A stretch of DNA of 64,000 nt from Woeseiaceae bacterium (lineage in GTDB: Bacteria; Pseudomonadota; Gammaproteobacteria; Steroidobacterales; Woeseiaceae), in the NCBI GenBank assembly GCA_034521225.1, contig JAXHMR010000016.1, positions 21,532-85,531 of the forward strand, written 5' to 3'. Positions 46,002-57,307 of the stretch are shown here, in pieces. Position 1 is the first letter of the stretch. Every line of letters starts with the position of its first letter. The translations under genes were made by a program, and so were the position numbers. The notes under the pieces were generated by a model. The model ran no database searches and was not told the origin of the DNA. It was given only the letters and a program-made list of their open reading frames with translations.

Positions 46002-46574
46002 CTACCTTCGGGTTCCCGGATTCAGGCTGAAGCGCAAGCCGACATAGTTGGGCCCTATCTCCGGCACCCAGACAACACTTTGCTCTCGAGACTGCGTCAA
46101 CAGAAACGAGCTGGCGATGCCAACTGCCGCGCCACCGAGCACATCGGCCGCATCATGCTCGTCGGCATCGATGCGCGTCCAGCCTGTGTAAGCAGCGAGC
46201 GCGTAGGCCCACCAGGCACGCCTGATACCGTAGCGGCGATGCAGGAAGGCCGCGCCTTGAAAGGCGGTCGACGCATGCCCTGACGGAAATGCGTCATCGT
46301 CGCTGCCGTCGATACGTTTCTTATCCACGACCTGCTTCAGCGCGTAAGTCGCGACGATGTTGGCTGCAAAAGACTGATAGAAATCGCGGCGTCCTTGCGG
46401 ATCATCATAATGAAAGGTCAGCGCCCACGCAGCGGTCGGGACGGCAACGCGGAGGATGTCCCCACTTTCCTCCGCGGAACCAGCGGCCGCCGTGTGACAG
46501 AAAGCGAGCGTGTAAACAAGCACCGCGAGCGCCTCGCATCGCGCGCGCTGTTTCAGCAGAATTATTCGAGGCAT
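46002..46574 (-). CDS. PAP2-family phosphatase (small, exported or outer-membrane type)
   Basis: LKQVVDKKRIDG, AFPSGHAS.AF, TRIDADEHDAADV. Confidence 0.8.
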   Translation of the reverse strand: MPRIILLKQRARCEALAVLVYTLAFCHTAAAGSAEESGDILRVAVPTAAWALTFHYDDPQGRRDFYQSFAANIVATYALKQVVDKKRIDGSDDDAFPSGHASTAFQGAAFLHRRYGIRRAWWAYALAAYTGWTRIDADEHDAADVLGGAAVGIASSFLLTQSREQSVVWVPEIGPNYVGLRFSLNPGTRR

Positions 46575-46743
46575 GCAGTACAGAGGCCGGCTCTAAAAGT
46601 GGCACTTTAGCGCGCAGCGAGGCACACGCAAACTGCGGCCAGACATAAAACGGTGTTATGGTTGACTAGCACAGTAAAACGCTATAAAAGTACTATACAA
46701 GGCAACACCGCAGCCCGCTACAGCCATAATCAAGGGGAGCACA

Positions 46744-47858
46744 ATGAGACTACGCAACCGGATCCTCGCCTCCATACTTGTGCTCCTGACCCTGGGCATC
46801 GCGTCACTGGCGATCGCCCTGAGCTATGAGTCGCCTTGCATTGAGCCAGAGGCCTTGCCCGAAGGTAAGGAACGGATGCAAGGGGTGGTCCGACGTTGCT
46901 ACGGCACCGCTGACGTGCTGAAGCTCGAAGATATGGAAAAGCCCGGGGTTGCGAGCAATGAGCTCTTGATCAAGGTTCAAGCGGCCGCAGTGAACCCACT
47001 CGACTATCACTATATGACCGGGAAACCATACGTCATGCGGTTGTCGACAGGCCTCGGTACCCCGGACCGGGAGCGGCTCGGTACCGACTTTTCCGGAACT
47101 GTCGAGGCTGTCGGAAGCAACGTCACCCGATTCAAGCCAGGCGATGAAATACTGGGAGCCCGAACCGGCGCGCTGGCCGAGTACATCACGGTAACCGAAG
47201 ATGGATCCATAACCCGCAAACCGGCGAACCTCACTTTTGACCAGGCAGCGCGATCCCTGTTGCCGCGATTACCGCCTTGCGAAGGTTTGCGCGACAAGGG
47301 TCGCATACAGCAGGGACAGAAGGTGCTGATCAATGGTGCTTCGGGAGGCGTAGGCACGTTCGCCGTGCAGATCGCCAAATCCATTCGGTGCCGAAAGTGA
47401 CCGGCGTATGCAGCACGCGCAATGTCGAAATGGTGCGCTCGCTAGGTGCAGATCACGTAATCGATTACACCCGCGAGAACTTTACGGACAGCGCAGAGCG
47501 TTATGACCTGATCCTGGACAATGTCGGCAACCACCCATTGCTTGCAATCAAAAGGACATTGAAACCACAGGGGCTCGTCGTGATCGTCGGCGGTCCGAAA
47601 GACAACCGCTGGATTGGCCCGCTTGGTCGGTCGGCGAGGGCCATGATGTTGAACCCGTTCATCGGCGACAAGTTTGTCGGGATCATCGCCAGCCTGAACC
47701 AGGCCGATCTCGATACGCTCGCCGAACTTGCACGCACAGGAAAAATGACGCCGGTGATGGACCGGCGCTATGCACTGGACGAAACGGCCGAGGCTATACG
47801 ATACCTTGAACAAGGGCGGGCTCGCGGCAAGGTTATTGTTGCTATTGGGGAACGATGA
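46744..47858 (+). CDS. NAD(P)-dependent MDR-family (quinone/alcohol) oxidoreductase with N-terminal membrane anchor, frameshifted
   Basis: AAAVNPLD, GTDFSG, GALAEY, VLINGASGGVGTFAVQIAK, LGADHVIDY, GRARGKVIV; RBS GGGGAG. Confidence 0.88.
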
Positions 47859-47958
47859 TATTCCATAGTTCCGAGCAAAGCCGCGGCCGGGTTGCGAAAT
47901 TCATCAGAGCCCGATCCAGTCGACAAAGTGCACGCTATAAAACTCTGGCACGCATCCG

Positions 47959-48606
47959 TCAGGCTGATTTCCTCAGCAATACCACATTGGAACAGGGGAA
48001 GTCGCACTGCCAGTTGTGACGTTTTGCAATTACCTGAAAAGTTGCCGCACGGTAAAAAACGACGTGCGTTGGATCACGGCGGTAATGCCAGCGTGAAAAG
48101 GCCGCATCGTCATCCTGGAACGTCGTCATTATGGCAAGCCAGCCGCCCGGCTTGAGCATCCGGTTTAAACGGCTGAATTCGTCGGCGGGATGATGGAAAT
48201 GTTCGACTACCTCGGTACAGGTGATGAAGTCGTAACGGGAATCAAGAACACGGGTATCGTCGAAGAACAGGGGGTCGAAGACGGCCATAGGATGGCCAGC
48301 TTCCGCCAGCATGGCGGCGAGCGCGGGCCCCGGACCACAGCCGTAATCAAGGCCTGAGACTCCGGCCGGGAGCCGCGCAAGGAGCGGTGCCGCGAGACGC
48401 GACAGGAAACCGCGGTAGTTCTCATCGGATACATCGTTCCGGTGCAAGCGGTACTGCGCGTACTCCTCCGACCGGGCGGGCAGCTGTGACGCCGACAGGA
48501 AAGTGGCAACGCAACTGTTGCAGCGCCAATAGTGGCGTGTATCAACGCACATGAAAGCCGAGCAATCACGCGCCTCGCAAACCGGGCAGCGGGTATTTCA
48601 GGCAAG
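47959..48606 (-). CDS. Class I SAM-dependent methyltransferase with N-terminal Zn-ribbon
   Basis: CPVC...CNSC, GLDYGCGPGP, YDFITCTEVVEHF, WHYRRDPTHVVFY; start uncertain. Confidence 0.85.
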
Positions 48607-48636
48607 TCAACTGACTTGCGGGGGACAATCGCGTCG

Positions 48637-48741
48637 TTACAGTAAAGCGTCGCAGCCGCATGCGGGGAAATTACGGTCGTGTTCGTTACCGTTGCGGTCG
48701 ACGACTTGCATCCGAACTGTCCCTTGTCTGTTTCCTTTCAT
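48637..48741 (-). pseudogene. Possible 5' stump of a 2Fe-2S ferredoxin
   Basis: MKGNRQGTVRMQVVDRNGNEH resembles the N-terminal strand of adrenodoxin-type ferredoxins; it ends before the Cys cluster. Confidence 0.35.
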
Positions 48742-48817
48742 CGAAACTTTTCAGCGGGTCCGGTGACGAGATTGCTGCCCTGCGGTGCAATGTCGGAGAC
48801 GCATTTTTCAAAAAAAC

Positions 48818-49758
48818 TCAGATACCGAGGATGCGACGAGCCTCTGCGCAGTCCTTGCCGATCTGTTTCACCAGCGCGTCGAGATTTTCGAACTTCATCT
48901 CGTCCGGATCCTGGCCACAAACTCAACCGTGATCAACTCACCGTAGATGTCCTGATCGAAGTCGAACAGGTGTGCCTCGAGAATTACCTGGCCGCTGCCG
49001 TGTATCGTCGGACGGACGCCTACATTGGCGACCGCAGGCAGCGGTTCCGCGGCAATACCATGCACCTGCACGGCAAAGACGCCGGTTACCGCGCAGTTGC
49101 GGCGGCCCGGATCCACGTTCGCGGTCGGGAAGCCCATCGTGCGCCCAAGCTGGCGACCATACTTGACGCGGCCGGTCATGGTATAGGGCCGGCCGAGCAT
49201 GCTGGCCGCCCGATCGAGATCACCCTCGCCGAGCGCATCGCGAATCGCCGTGCTGCTGACGCGTTCGCCGTCAACAATGACACTGTCCACCTGCACGACG
49301 TCAAAGCCGTTGTTTCGGCCAGCCTCTTTCAGGTCCGCAGTCGTGCCCTGCCGGTCGCGTGCAAAACGAAAGTCATCGCCGACCACCAGGCACTTCGTGC
49401 CCATGGCCTGCACAACGACTTTGTCGATGAACTCCTGCACGCCAACCTGGCGCATGCGCTCGTCGAATCGGGGGCAGAAAAACCGGTCCACACCCAACTC
49501 GTCCAGCAAGGACGCCCGCTCGCGAAATCGCGTCAGCCGGCCCGGCGGATTGTTGCGGCTGAAATACTCGCGCGGCAGCGGTTCGAAAGAAAAGACCAGC
49601 GCCGCGGCACCAAGCTGGTCCGCTCGCGCCCTGACCTCCCGGATCACGGCCTGGTGACCCAGATGGATCCCGTCGCAAGAGCCGATCGTGGCCACGCAGC
49701 CACGCGGCTCGTCCAGGTGGGCTTGCCGGAGCGCGGCCAGGGTTCGATAAACGTGCAT
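48818..49758 (-). CDS. ribF: Bifunctional riboflavin kinase / FAD synthetase
   Basis: DGIHLGHQ, FEPLP.E.F, VGDDFRF, VSSTAIR, GRTMGFPTAN, NVGVRPT, LEAHLFDF..DIYG, KFENLDAL..QI. Confidence 0.93.
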
Positions 49759-50051
49759 CAATTGGGAATCCGTTGTCGTATTCGGGGCAGTAGCACTTGA
49801 GTGCACAGCGACCGGCCCGGGCAAAGGCGCAATTATAGGGAAGGGGTCGCGCTTTTCCCATGCTGATTACTGGTAAATACCGTTTGGCCGGCCTTTGACC
49901 CCCCGCCGCGCCGGCACGACAAGCTGTTCCGCAGTGCCGGACGCTAGCTGGGCTGCTGTACACGAAAGTTGATTCGGTCAACTGGAGCGGTTGGCCGCGA
50001 TGCGGCTTGTCGGTATGATCGCCCGGCAACTTCACAAACGGATTGCATTGA

Positions 50052-50534
50052 ATGCTGAACAAGAAGATTGACGAAGCCTCTTTCCGCAAGGCCATGAGCA
50101 CCTTCGCAACCGGCGTTACGATCATGACGTGCAGGGGTGAGGATGGCCGCGCAGTCGGCATGACCGTAAACAGTTTCACTTCCGTGTCACTCGAGCCGCC
50201 GCTGGTATTGTGGTGCATAAACCAGAGCATTGTTCCGACAGCAGCATTTAATGCCACCAGTCATTTTGCAGTGCATGTACTGCACCGCGGCCAGGAATCC
50301 TTATCGAATCACTTCGCTGTGGACAGGGAAGACAAGTTTGACGGCATCGAGCACAGCAATGGCGTTGCTGACCTTCCGATACTTGCGGATTTTCTCAGCG
50401 TTTACCAGTGCAAGATCAGCAACCGTGTAATGGCCGGTGATCACGCTGTATTAATCGGTGAACTTGTCGACTATGAAATCCGCGACCGCGAACCGCTGAT
50501 TTTTTATGGAAGCAGCTACCGGTCGCTTGCGTGA
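50052..50534 (+). CDS. Flavin reductase family protein (DIM6/NTAB)
   Basis: FRKAMSTFATGVT, GMTVNSFTSVSLEPPL, AGDH, PLIFYGSSY. Confidence 0.9.
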   Translation: MLNKKIDEASFRKAMSTFATGVTIMTCRGEDGRAVGMTVNSFTSVSLEPPLVLWCINQSIVPTAAFNATSHFAVHVLHRGQESLSNHFAVDREDKFDGIEHSNGVADLPILADFLSVYQCKISNRVMAGDHAVLIGELVDYEIRDREPLIFYGSSYRSLA

Positions 50535-51771
50535 GTCGCCAGAGCGGCGCCGGGGGGGCGCATCAGTGCCACCACGGTGAAAATTACCATCAGCAATAAT
50601 GCGAAAATCTGGTAGGTAATAGCAAACGTCCCAAAGCGTTCCGCCAATAGGCCTGCAATGATCGGCCCCACCATCGCAACCGTGGTAATCATGTTCATAG
50701 TGCCGAAAATGATCGGGTTATTGGTTGTTCCATAGTAATTAACCAGCAGCATGGCGGTGGCGAAAAATACCACGCCAAAGCCCACGCCTTCACCGATAAC
50801 AAACAATGTAATCGCAACCGGGTGGCTGGCCATTGACAGTGCAACCATGCCCATTGCTTCAAACCCGAGCGCACCGCATAACAGCCATTTCGGATCGACC
50901 CTTGTGGCCATCGCACCACCAAGCAGGCGTGACATGGCGTTCACGGCACCGTTGGCGGCCAGAGCACCGGCTGCGACGGCGGCGGAAACGCTAAGCGCCG
51001 TCATGTGCGTAAAAGCCCAGCTGTTCATCGTCAGCGTGCACATCAGCGTTATCGACAGCGCAACCACGATCACATAGTACTGCGGCGTCTGGAGCGCATC
51101 CCTGAATGTCCAGTCGCCCTCGGTCTTGTACACACGGTCGGACTTTTCTTCCTCGAGCGGCTTGACCGCATCAGAGTCGAGCGAATCTTCCGGACGGCTG
51201 CGTACGAAAATCACAGCGAGTACCGCCAGCAACAGTACTGATACCGCCATCGCCCACCAGTGCATGCGCCACGAACCGGTCGCGCTGATGATTCCGGTGA
51301 CGATCAGCGGTCCGGCAACCGCGCCGAGACCGCCGATCATCATGTACGCGCCGATGGCAAACGAACGCTTGTCCGGAATCCAGTGATTGATGACATGGAT
51401 CCCAGGGACGGCAGCCGTCAGGGCATAACCTACGCCAAGCAGCAATGCGCCCGCATAGTATTGCAGCAGGTCCGGTGCTACCGCGAACAGACAGAACCCG
51501 GCGGCCATCAGGATACCGCCCAGAGCAAACGAACTCTGCACGTTGAACCGCTTCAGTATCCATGCCGGCGCCGTGCCGGCCAGCCCGACCGTCAACGCGA
51601 ACAGTGAAAACCCGGTGCCAGCCTGCGACCAACTCCACGTGAATTCCTCAATCATGTACGGCAACACGACGCCCAGCGACGAGAAGGTACCTGCAGTAAT
51701 AAAGAAGAAACGCGCTGACCAGAGCGAAACAAATCCATCGGCTGCAGGGCGGACGCGCGACTCTCCACCAC
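50516..51771 (-). CDS. MFS transporter (5' end frameshifted)
   Basis: About 12 hydrophobic segments; RBS AGGAG before GTG at 51771. Confidence 0.8.
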
Positions 51772-51819
51772 CAGGGCTCCTTATTAATCGTTTACTGCGA
51801 TGACTGCCTTACGCCGTCG

Positions 51820-52440
51820 CTACTTGCCGGCCGGGTCCACCAGCGCGGTAACCATTTCAGCAAGCGCGCGCCGCAGCGTGTCCTGGTCAAGGCCTGGTTC
51901 GCGCGCCACACGCACTTTGACCCCTTCAATGAGACACACCAGCATCAGCGCCCGCGCCGGTGCAATTTCCGCGGGCAGACCGTACCCGCCCTTATCGGAA
52001 CTTCTGCTCAACCAGTCCTCGACCTCCGAACGCACCATTCGGTCAAACCGCTGCACTGCCTCGGCGATCTGCGGGTCACGCGTCGCCTCGGCGGACATTT
52101 CGAGAAAAAGGGCGGTGCTCATGCGTGTCTCATCGCCGCACTCTGCCTCGTCGCAATGCTCGACGATACGCGCCGCGAGGTCATCGGATGAGCGCATCTG
52201 GCGAATATTGGTTCGCGCAACCTCAAGCTGCCGCTCGATGATGGCGAGGACAATCGCGCTCTTGTTGTCGAAATAGCGATAGATCAGGCCGGCACTCATG
52301 CCCGCAGTCTCGGCAATCGTGGCCATGCTTGCCGCATGAAAGCCGCTGCGGACGAAACATGTCTGAGCCGCGGCGAGAATACGGTCCTGTTGTGCCTGCG
52401 TACGTGACTCGGCCTTGTTCGTTTGCACGTCGTTTTTCAT
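51820..52440 (-). CDS. TetR/AcrR family transcriptional regulator
   Basis: RILAAAQTCF...GFHAASMATIA..AGMSAGLIYRYFDNK. Confidence 0.92.
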   Translation of the reverse strand: MKNDVQTNKAESRTQAQQDRILAAAQTCFVRSGFHAASMATIAETAGMSAGLIYRYFDNKSAIVLAIIERQLEVARTNIRQMRSSDDLAARIVEHCDEAECGDETRMSTALFLEMSAEATRDPQIAEAVQRFDRMVRSEVEDWLSRSSDKGGYGLPAEIAPARALMLVCLIEGVKVRVAREPGLDQDTLRRALAEMVTALVDPAGK

Positions 52441-52445
52441 GGCTA

Positions 52446-52585
52446 CTACCAGCCTCCGCCCATTGCGGCCGGCGGACCGGGCCAGTCAGACGGCGTGCCC
52501 GGATCGCATCCGGCAATGCGGGCTCGAGCAGGCCACAGCCGGCGAAGACCGGCAGCACGAGCATTAGCAGCCAGTGCCTATTCAC
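52446..52585 (-). pseudogene. NodT/OprM-type outer-membrane efflux lipoprotein with nearly all of its middle deleted
   Basis: Lipobox FAGC, then PSDWP joined directly to the family C-terminal motif (A)MGGGW-stop; lies in the OMF position between the RND gene and TetR. Confidence 0.75.
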
Positions 52586-55500
52586 GAGACGCTCCGGCGT
52601 TCGCGCCTGCCGGCGTGTCTGCCACGTTATTGGCCGCTACCTTGTAGCGCCCGAACAGCTTCTGCACGACAACAAAAAACAGCGGTATAAAAAACACACC
52701 GAGGAACGCACCGACTATCATGCCGCCAAGTACACCGGTGCCGATCGCGTGCTGTGCGCCGGAACCTGCCCCGCTTGCCAGCGCCAGCGGCGTTACGCCC
52801 ATGCCGAATGCCAGCGACGTCATGATGATCGGCCGCAGCCGGTCGCGAACCGCCTGCATCGTTGCCTCGACGAGTTCCATGCCCTGTTCGAGGTTTTCCT
52901 TCGCGAATGAAATGATCAGGATGGCGTTCTTGCTCGTCAGACCGATCGTCGTCAGCATCGCCACCTGGAAATAGATGTCCCGCTCAAGGCCGCGCAGCGT
53001 CGCGGCAAGCGCGATGCCGAGTATGCCGATGGGCGCAACCATCAGCACGGCTGTCGGTATCGACCAGCTTTCGTACAGTGCCGCCAGGCACAGGAATACG
53101 ATCAGCAACGACAACGTATACAGGAGTGGCGTCTGGGCGCACCGGCCTCCCGTTCCTGGTACGACAGGCCCGTCCATTCAATCGCGAAGCCTTCCGGCAG
53201 CCGTGACACGATAGCTTCCGCCTCCGCCATGGCATCACCCGAACTCACGCCGGGCGCCGCTTCGCCGTTGATCTGCATCGCGGGCACGCCGTTGTACCGG
53301 ATGAGTTGCGGCGCACCGTATTCCCAGTAGGAACTGGCAAACGCCGAGAAGGGAACCATATCGCCGTCGCTGTTGCGCACCGACCAGAGCTGGAAATCCT
53401 CGGGCACCATGCGGAATGGCGCGTCCGCCTGGACAAACACGCGCTTGACGCGGCCGCGGTCGATGAAGTCGTCGATGTACTGGCCGCCCCATGCCGCCTG
53501 CAATGTTGCATTGATGCTGCCCACTGATAAGCCAAGTGCACTGGCTTTTTCAATGTCGACATCCAGCCGGAACTGCGGCGAGTCCTCCTGGCCGTTGTGA
53601 CGCACATTCATCAACAGCGGGCTTTCAGCTGCGGCTTGCAGCAGCTGGTTCCGTGCATCGACCAGCGCATCATGCCCGTTGCTGGCGTTGTCCTTCAGGT
53701 AGAAATCAAAACCCGCTGAACGCCCCAGTTCCTGCACGGCCGGTGGCGCGAACGCAAAGGCCATCGCATCCTTGATCTGGCTGAAAGCCGCTGACGCCCG
53801 TCCGGCAACCGCATTGACACTCAAGTCATCGGACGTGCGCTCGCTCCAGTCCTTGAGTTTGACGAATGCCAGCGCATTGTTCTGGCCACCGCCGGCGAAA
53901 CTGAAGCCCTGCACGGCAAACATGGATTCAACTGCTTCCGACTCCTGGTCCAGGAAGTAGTCCTCGACCTTGCGGACCGACTCCATGGTCCGCTCCTGCG
54001 TCGCACCGACCGGCGCAAAATCCTGTGCAAACATCGTTCCCTGGTCTTCGGCCGGCAGGAACGACGTCGGCCGATTGAAAAACAGCACTGCCATGACGAC
54101 GATCATCACGCCAAAGACCGCCATGAACCGGCCGCTGCGCGCAATCATGCCACGCACACCCTGCCGGTACTTTTTGGCAGTCCGGTCGAAGCCGCGATTG
54201 AACCAGCCGAGAAAACCCTTCTCGGCATAGTGCTCGCCCTTCTTTAAGCGGCTTCAGCATCGTTGCGCATAGCGCCGGTGTCAGCACGATGGCGACCAGC
54301 ACCGACAGCGCCATGGCAGACACGATCGTCGCCGAAAATTGCCGGTAAATGACGCCGGTCGCGCCACCGAGAAACGCCATCGGCACGAAAACCGCCGAAA
54401 GCACCAGGCCGACGGCGACCAGCGCACCGGTAATCTGCCGCATCGATTTTCGCGCAGCCTCGACGGGCGACAGTCCTTCTTCGGTCATGACGCGCTCGAC
54501 GTTCTCGACCACGACAATGGCGTCATCGACCAGCAGGCCGATGGCCAGCACCATCGCGAACATCGTCAGCATGTTGATCGAGAAACCCAGTACCGCAAGG
54601 ATTCCGAAGGTGCCGAGCAGGACCACCGGGACCGCGATGGTCGGGATCAGCGTGGCGCCGGAAATTCTGCAGGAACAGGTACATGACGAGGAACACCAGC
54701 ACGATGGCCTCCGACGAGGATCTGCAGCACGTTCTGAATCGCCGTCCTGACGAATGGCGTCGTCTCAAACGGCACAACCGCATCCAGGCCTTCCGGGAAG
54801 TACGGCCTCAACTCATCGAGCCGCTGTTCAACGGCGGCGGCGGTTTCCAGCGCATTGGCACCGGTCGCCAGCATCACCGCGATGTCCACTCGACGGTTGC
54901 CGGTTGTAGCGCGAAATGAACCCGTAATTTTCGGCACCCAGCTCGACCCGCGCGACGTCGGCAAGCCGCAACGTCGAGCCGTCCGGACTGCTGCGCACGA
55001 TGATGTCGCTGGAGTTCCTCGGCGGTCTGCAGGCGGCTCTGCGCGGTAATGGTCGCATTCAGTTGCTGGCCGTCGATTGACGGCGTGCCGCCGAGCTGGC
55101 CGACCGCAACCTGCTGGTTCTGGGCCTGCACGGCCGCAATGATGTCGGCCGGCGCCAGCTTGTAGGTATCCAGCTTGTTCGGGTCGAGCCAGATGCGCAT
55201 CGCGTACTGCGAGCCAAAAACCTGGATATTGCCGACACCCGGGACCCGGCTCATCGGATCAACGATGTTGGCGGATACATAGTCGGCTATGTCACTCCGC
55301 GTCATGTTGCCATCGCGGGATACGAAGCCGACTACCATAAGGAATCCGCCGCGCTCTTTTCCTACGTTGACACCCTGCCGCTGCACTTCCTGTGGCAGCA
55401 GCGGCATGGCGAGCTGCAACTTGTTCTGCACCTGCACCTGCGCGATATCCGGGTCGATGTCATTGGCGAACGTCAGCGATAAAGATGCGCTGCCGTTCGA

Positions 55501-55749
55501 CGCACTGCTGGCAGACATGTAGAGCAGCCCGTCCAGGCCCTTCATGTTCTGCTCGATGACCTGGGTTACCGAGTCCTCGACGACTTTAGCCGACGCGCCG
55601 GGGTAATTGGCATTGATCGTGATTGTCGGCGGCGCGATGGTCGGATACATCGATATCGGCAGCTGCGCGATTGCAACGCCGCCGGAAATCATGATGACGA
55701 TTGCAATCACCCACGCGAAGATCGGGCGTCCTATGAAAAACTGGGCCAC
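52578..55749 (-). CDS. acrB: RND multidrug efflux permease (AcrB/MexB-like), frameshifted
   Basis: [65 protein letters not shown]. Confidence 0.92.
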
Positions 55750-55752
55750 GAT

Positions 55753-56983
55753 TCAGTTTCCTACTGCCGGGGTCTTCTGCGGACTTCTGGTGTGCCCGTA
55801 GCGGAACGCTGCAAATTCGACGCGGCACGCTCGCTCGCCGGTGCATCGTCATTGATCGTGGCGCTGTCGGTGACATTGACCTGCATGCCAGGCCGTATCT
55901 TCTGCAATCCCGGCAACGACTACGCGTTCGCCATCTGCAAGGCCGTCACTGACCAGCCATTTATCACCGACTGTGCGACTGACCCAGATGTCGCGTCTTT
56001 CGCACCGCGCCTTCGCCAGCTACGACCATTGCGCTCGCATCACCTTTTGCATCCCGGGTTACCGCGACTCGCGGTACCAGCAGTCCTTGTTCCATGACCG
56101 CAGTCGTAACATCAGCCCGGACGCGCACGCCCGGCATCAGCATCTTATCGGGGTTATCAACAATGACTCGGAGCGCATAACTGCCTGTCATCGGATCAAC
56201 CGCAACGTCGGAGAACGCGAGCTCTCCTTTCGTGCGGGTATTCCGTGCCGTCTTCCAGAATAATCGTGACCGGACCGCCCTCAGCAACGCGGGCGTTGCC
56301 ACCTTCGAGTTCACGGCGCAACTGAAACAGTTCGCTGGCGGAACGCACGAGATCGACGTAGATCGGGTCGAGCTGTTGCACAGTCGCCAATGGCATTGCC
56401 TGATCGGCCGTCACCAGTGCTCCCTGTGTTACCGCCGACTTGCCGATACGCCCGCTTATCGGCGATGTGATACGAGCATAGCTGAGCTCAATGGCGGTAC
56501 TCGCCAGTTGCGCTTTTGCCACCCCGATGTCCGCTTCCGCCTGCGCCATACGGCGACGGAGTTTTCATATTCCCGCTTGCTGATGGCCTTGACCTTGACC
56601 AATTCTTCGGCACGCTCGGCATCGAGCCTGGCGACGTTTACTGCGGCTTCGGCGCGCGCCAGTGCGGCCTGCGCACTGTTATGAGCAGCACGGTAGACTG
56701 CGTCATCGAGCTGATAGAGCGGCTCGCCTTCGTCGACCAGGCTGCCCTCCGTGAACAGGCGCTCCGTGATAAGTCCGGTAACCTGTGGCCGCACTTCAGC
56801 AATGACATAGGCGTGTGTACGGCCGGGCAGCTGCCGCGTCAGCGTCACAGGCGTCGTTCGCAGCGTCACTACGCTGACTTCGGGCGTACCCTGCCCGGGT
56901 TGCTGCTGCTCTTCGGCGCAGCCAACAAGAATCAGCAGCGGCAACAGCAGGACGTGGACGAGCGGAAAGTTGTAGGGGGGCAT
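55753..56983 (-). CDS. acrA: RND efflux periplasmic adaptor (AcrA/MexA-like), frameshifted
   Basis: Lipobox LVGC; LPGRT...AEVRPQVTG, ITSPISGRIGKS.VTQGALV, VQQLDPIYVD. Confidence 0.88.
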
Positions 56984-57039
56984 CGGATGAACGTTTATTT
57001 GCGCGCCGGCAGCCGGGGGGCTACTTCGGCAGTTGCGCG

Positions 57040-57069
57040 TAGAATGAACGTTCATTCTATTCTTGTCAA
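57040..57069 (-). promoter_or_regulatory. Efflux operon promoter with a perfect 20-bp palindromic TetR-type operator
   Basis: TAGAATGAACGTTCATTCTA (57040-57059) overlaps minus-strand TTGACA-17-CATTCT; a degenerate second site ATGAACGTTTAT lies near 56987-56998. Confidence 0.8.
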
Positions 57070-57135
57070 GGCGCTTAGAAGCAATGTTTATAACGCAGAA
57101 ACAAACGGTTACAAGTTGGTTCCGGCCGGCTGCGA

Positions 57136-57200
57136 TCAGCGCCTGACGATGCCGAGAAGATCGCTGTAGTTGTCAGTCCACGTGCGCATGCCGGGACGTA
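57136..57200 (-). pseudogene. 3' stump resembling the C-terminus of fused MFS/spermidine synthase proteins
   Basis: RPGMRTWTDNYSDLLGIVRR-stop matches the WTDD(Y/F)SNL C-terminal motif of that family; no upstream gene body. Confidence 0.5.
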
Positions 57201-57307
57201 TACATCGGACACATCAATACCGAGTGTATTGACAACATCACTGTCCTCGAGCTCTTTGGCCCGTTCCTTCGAATCCGGATCGAGTCCTCTCGTCTCCGCA
57301 CAAAAAG

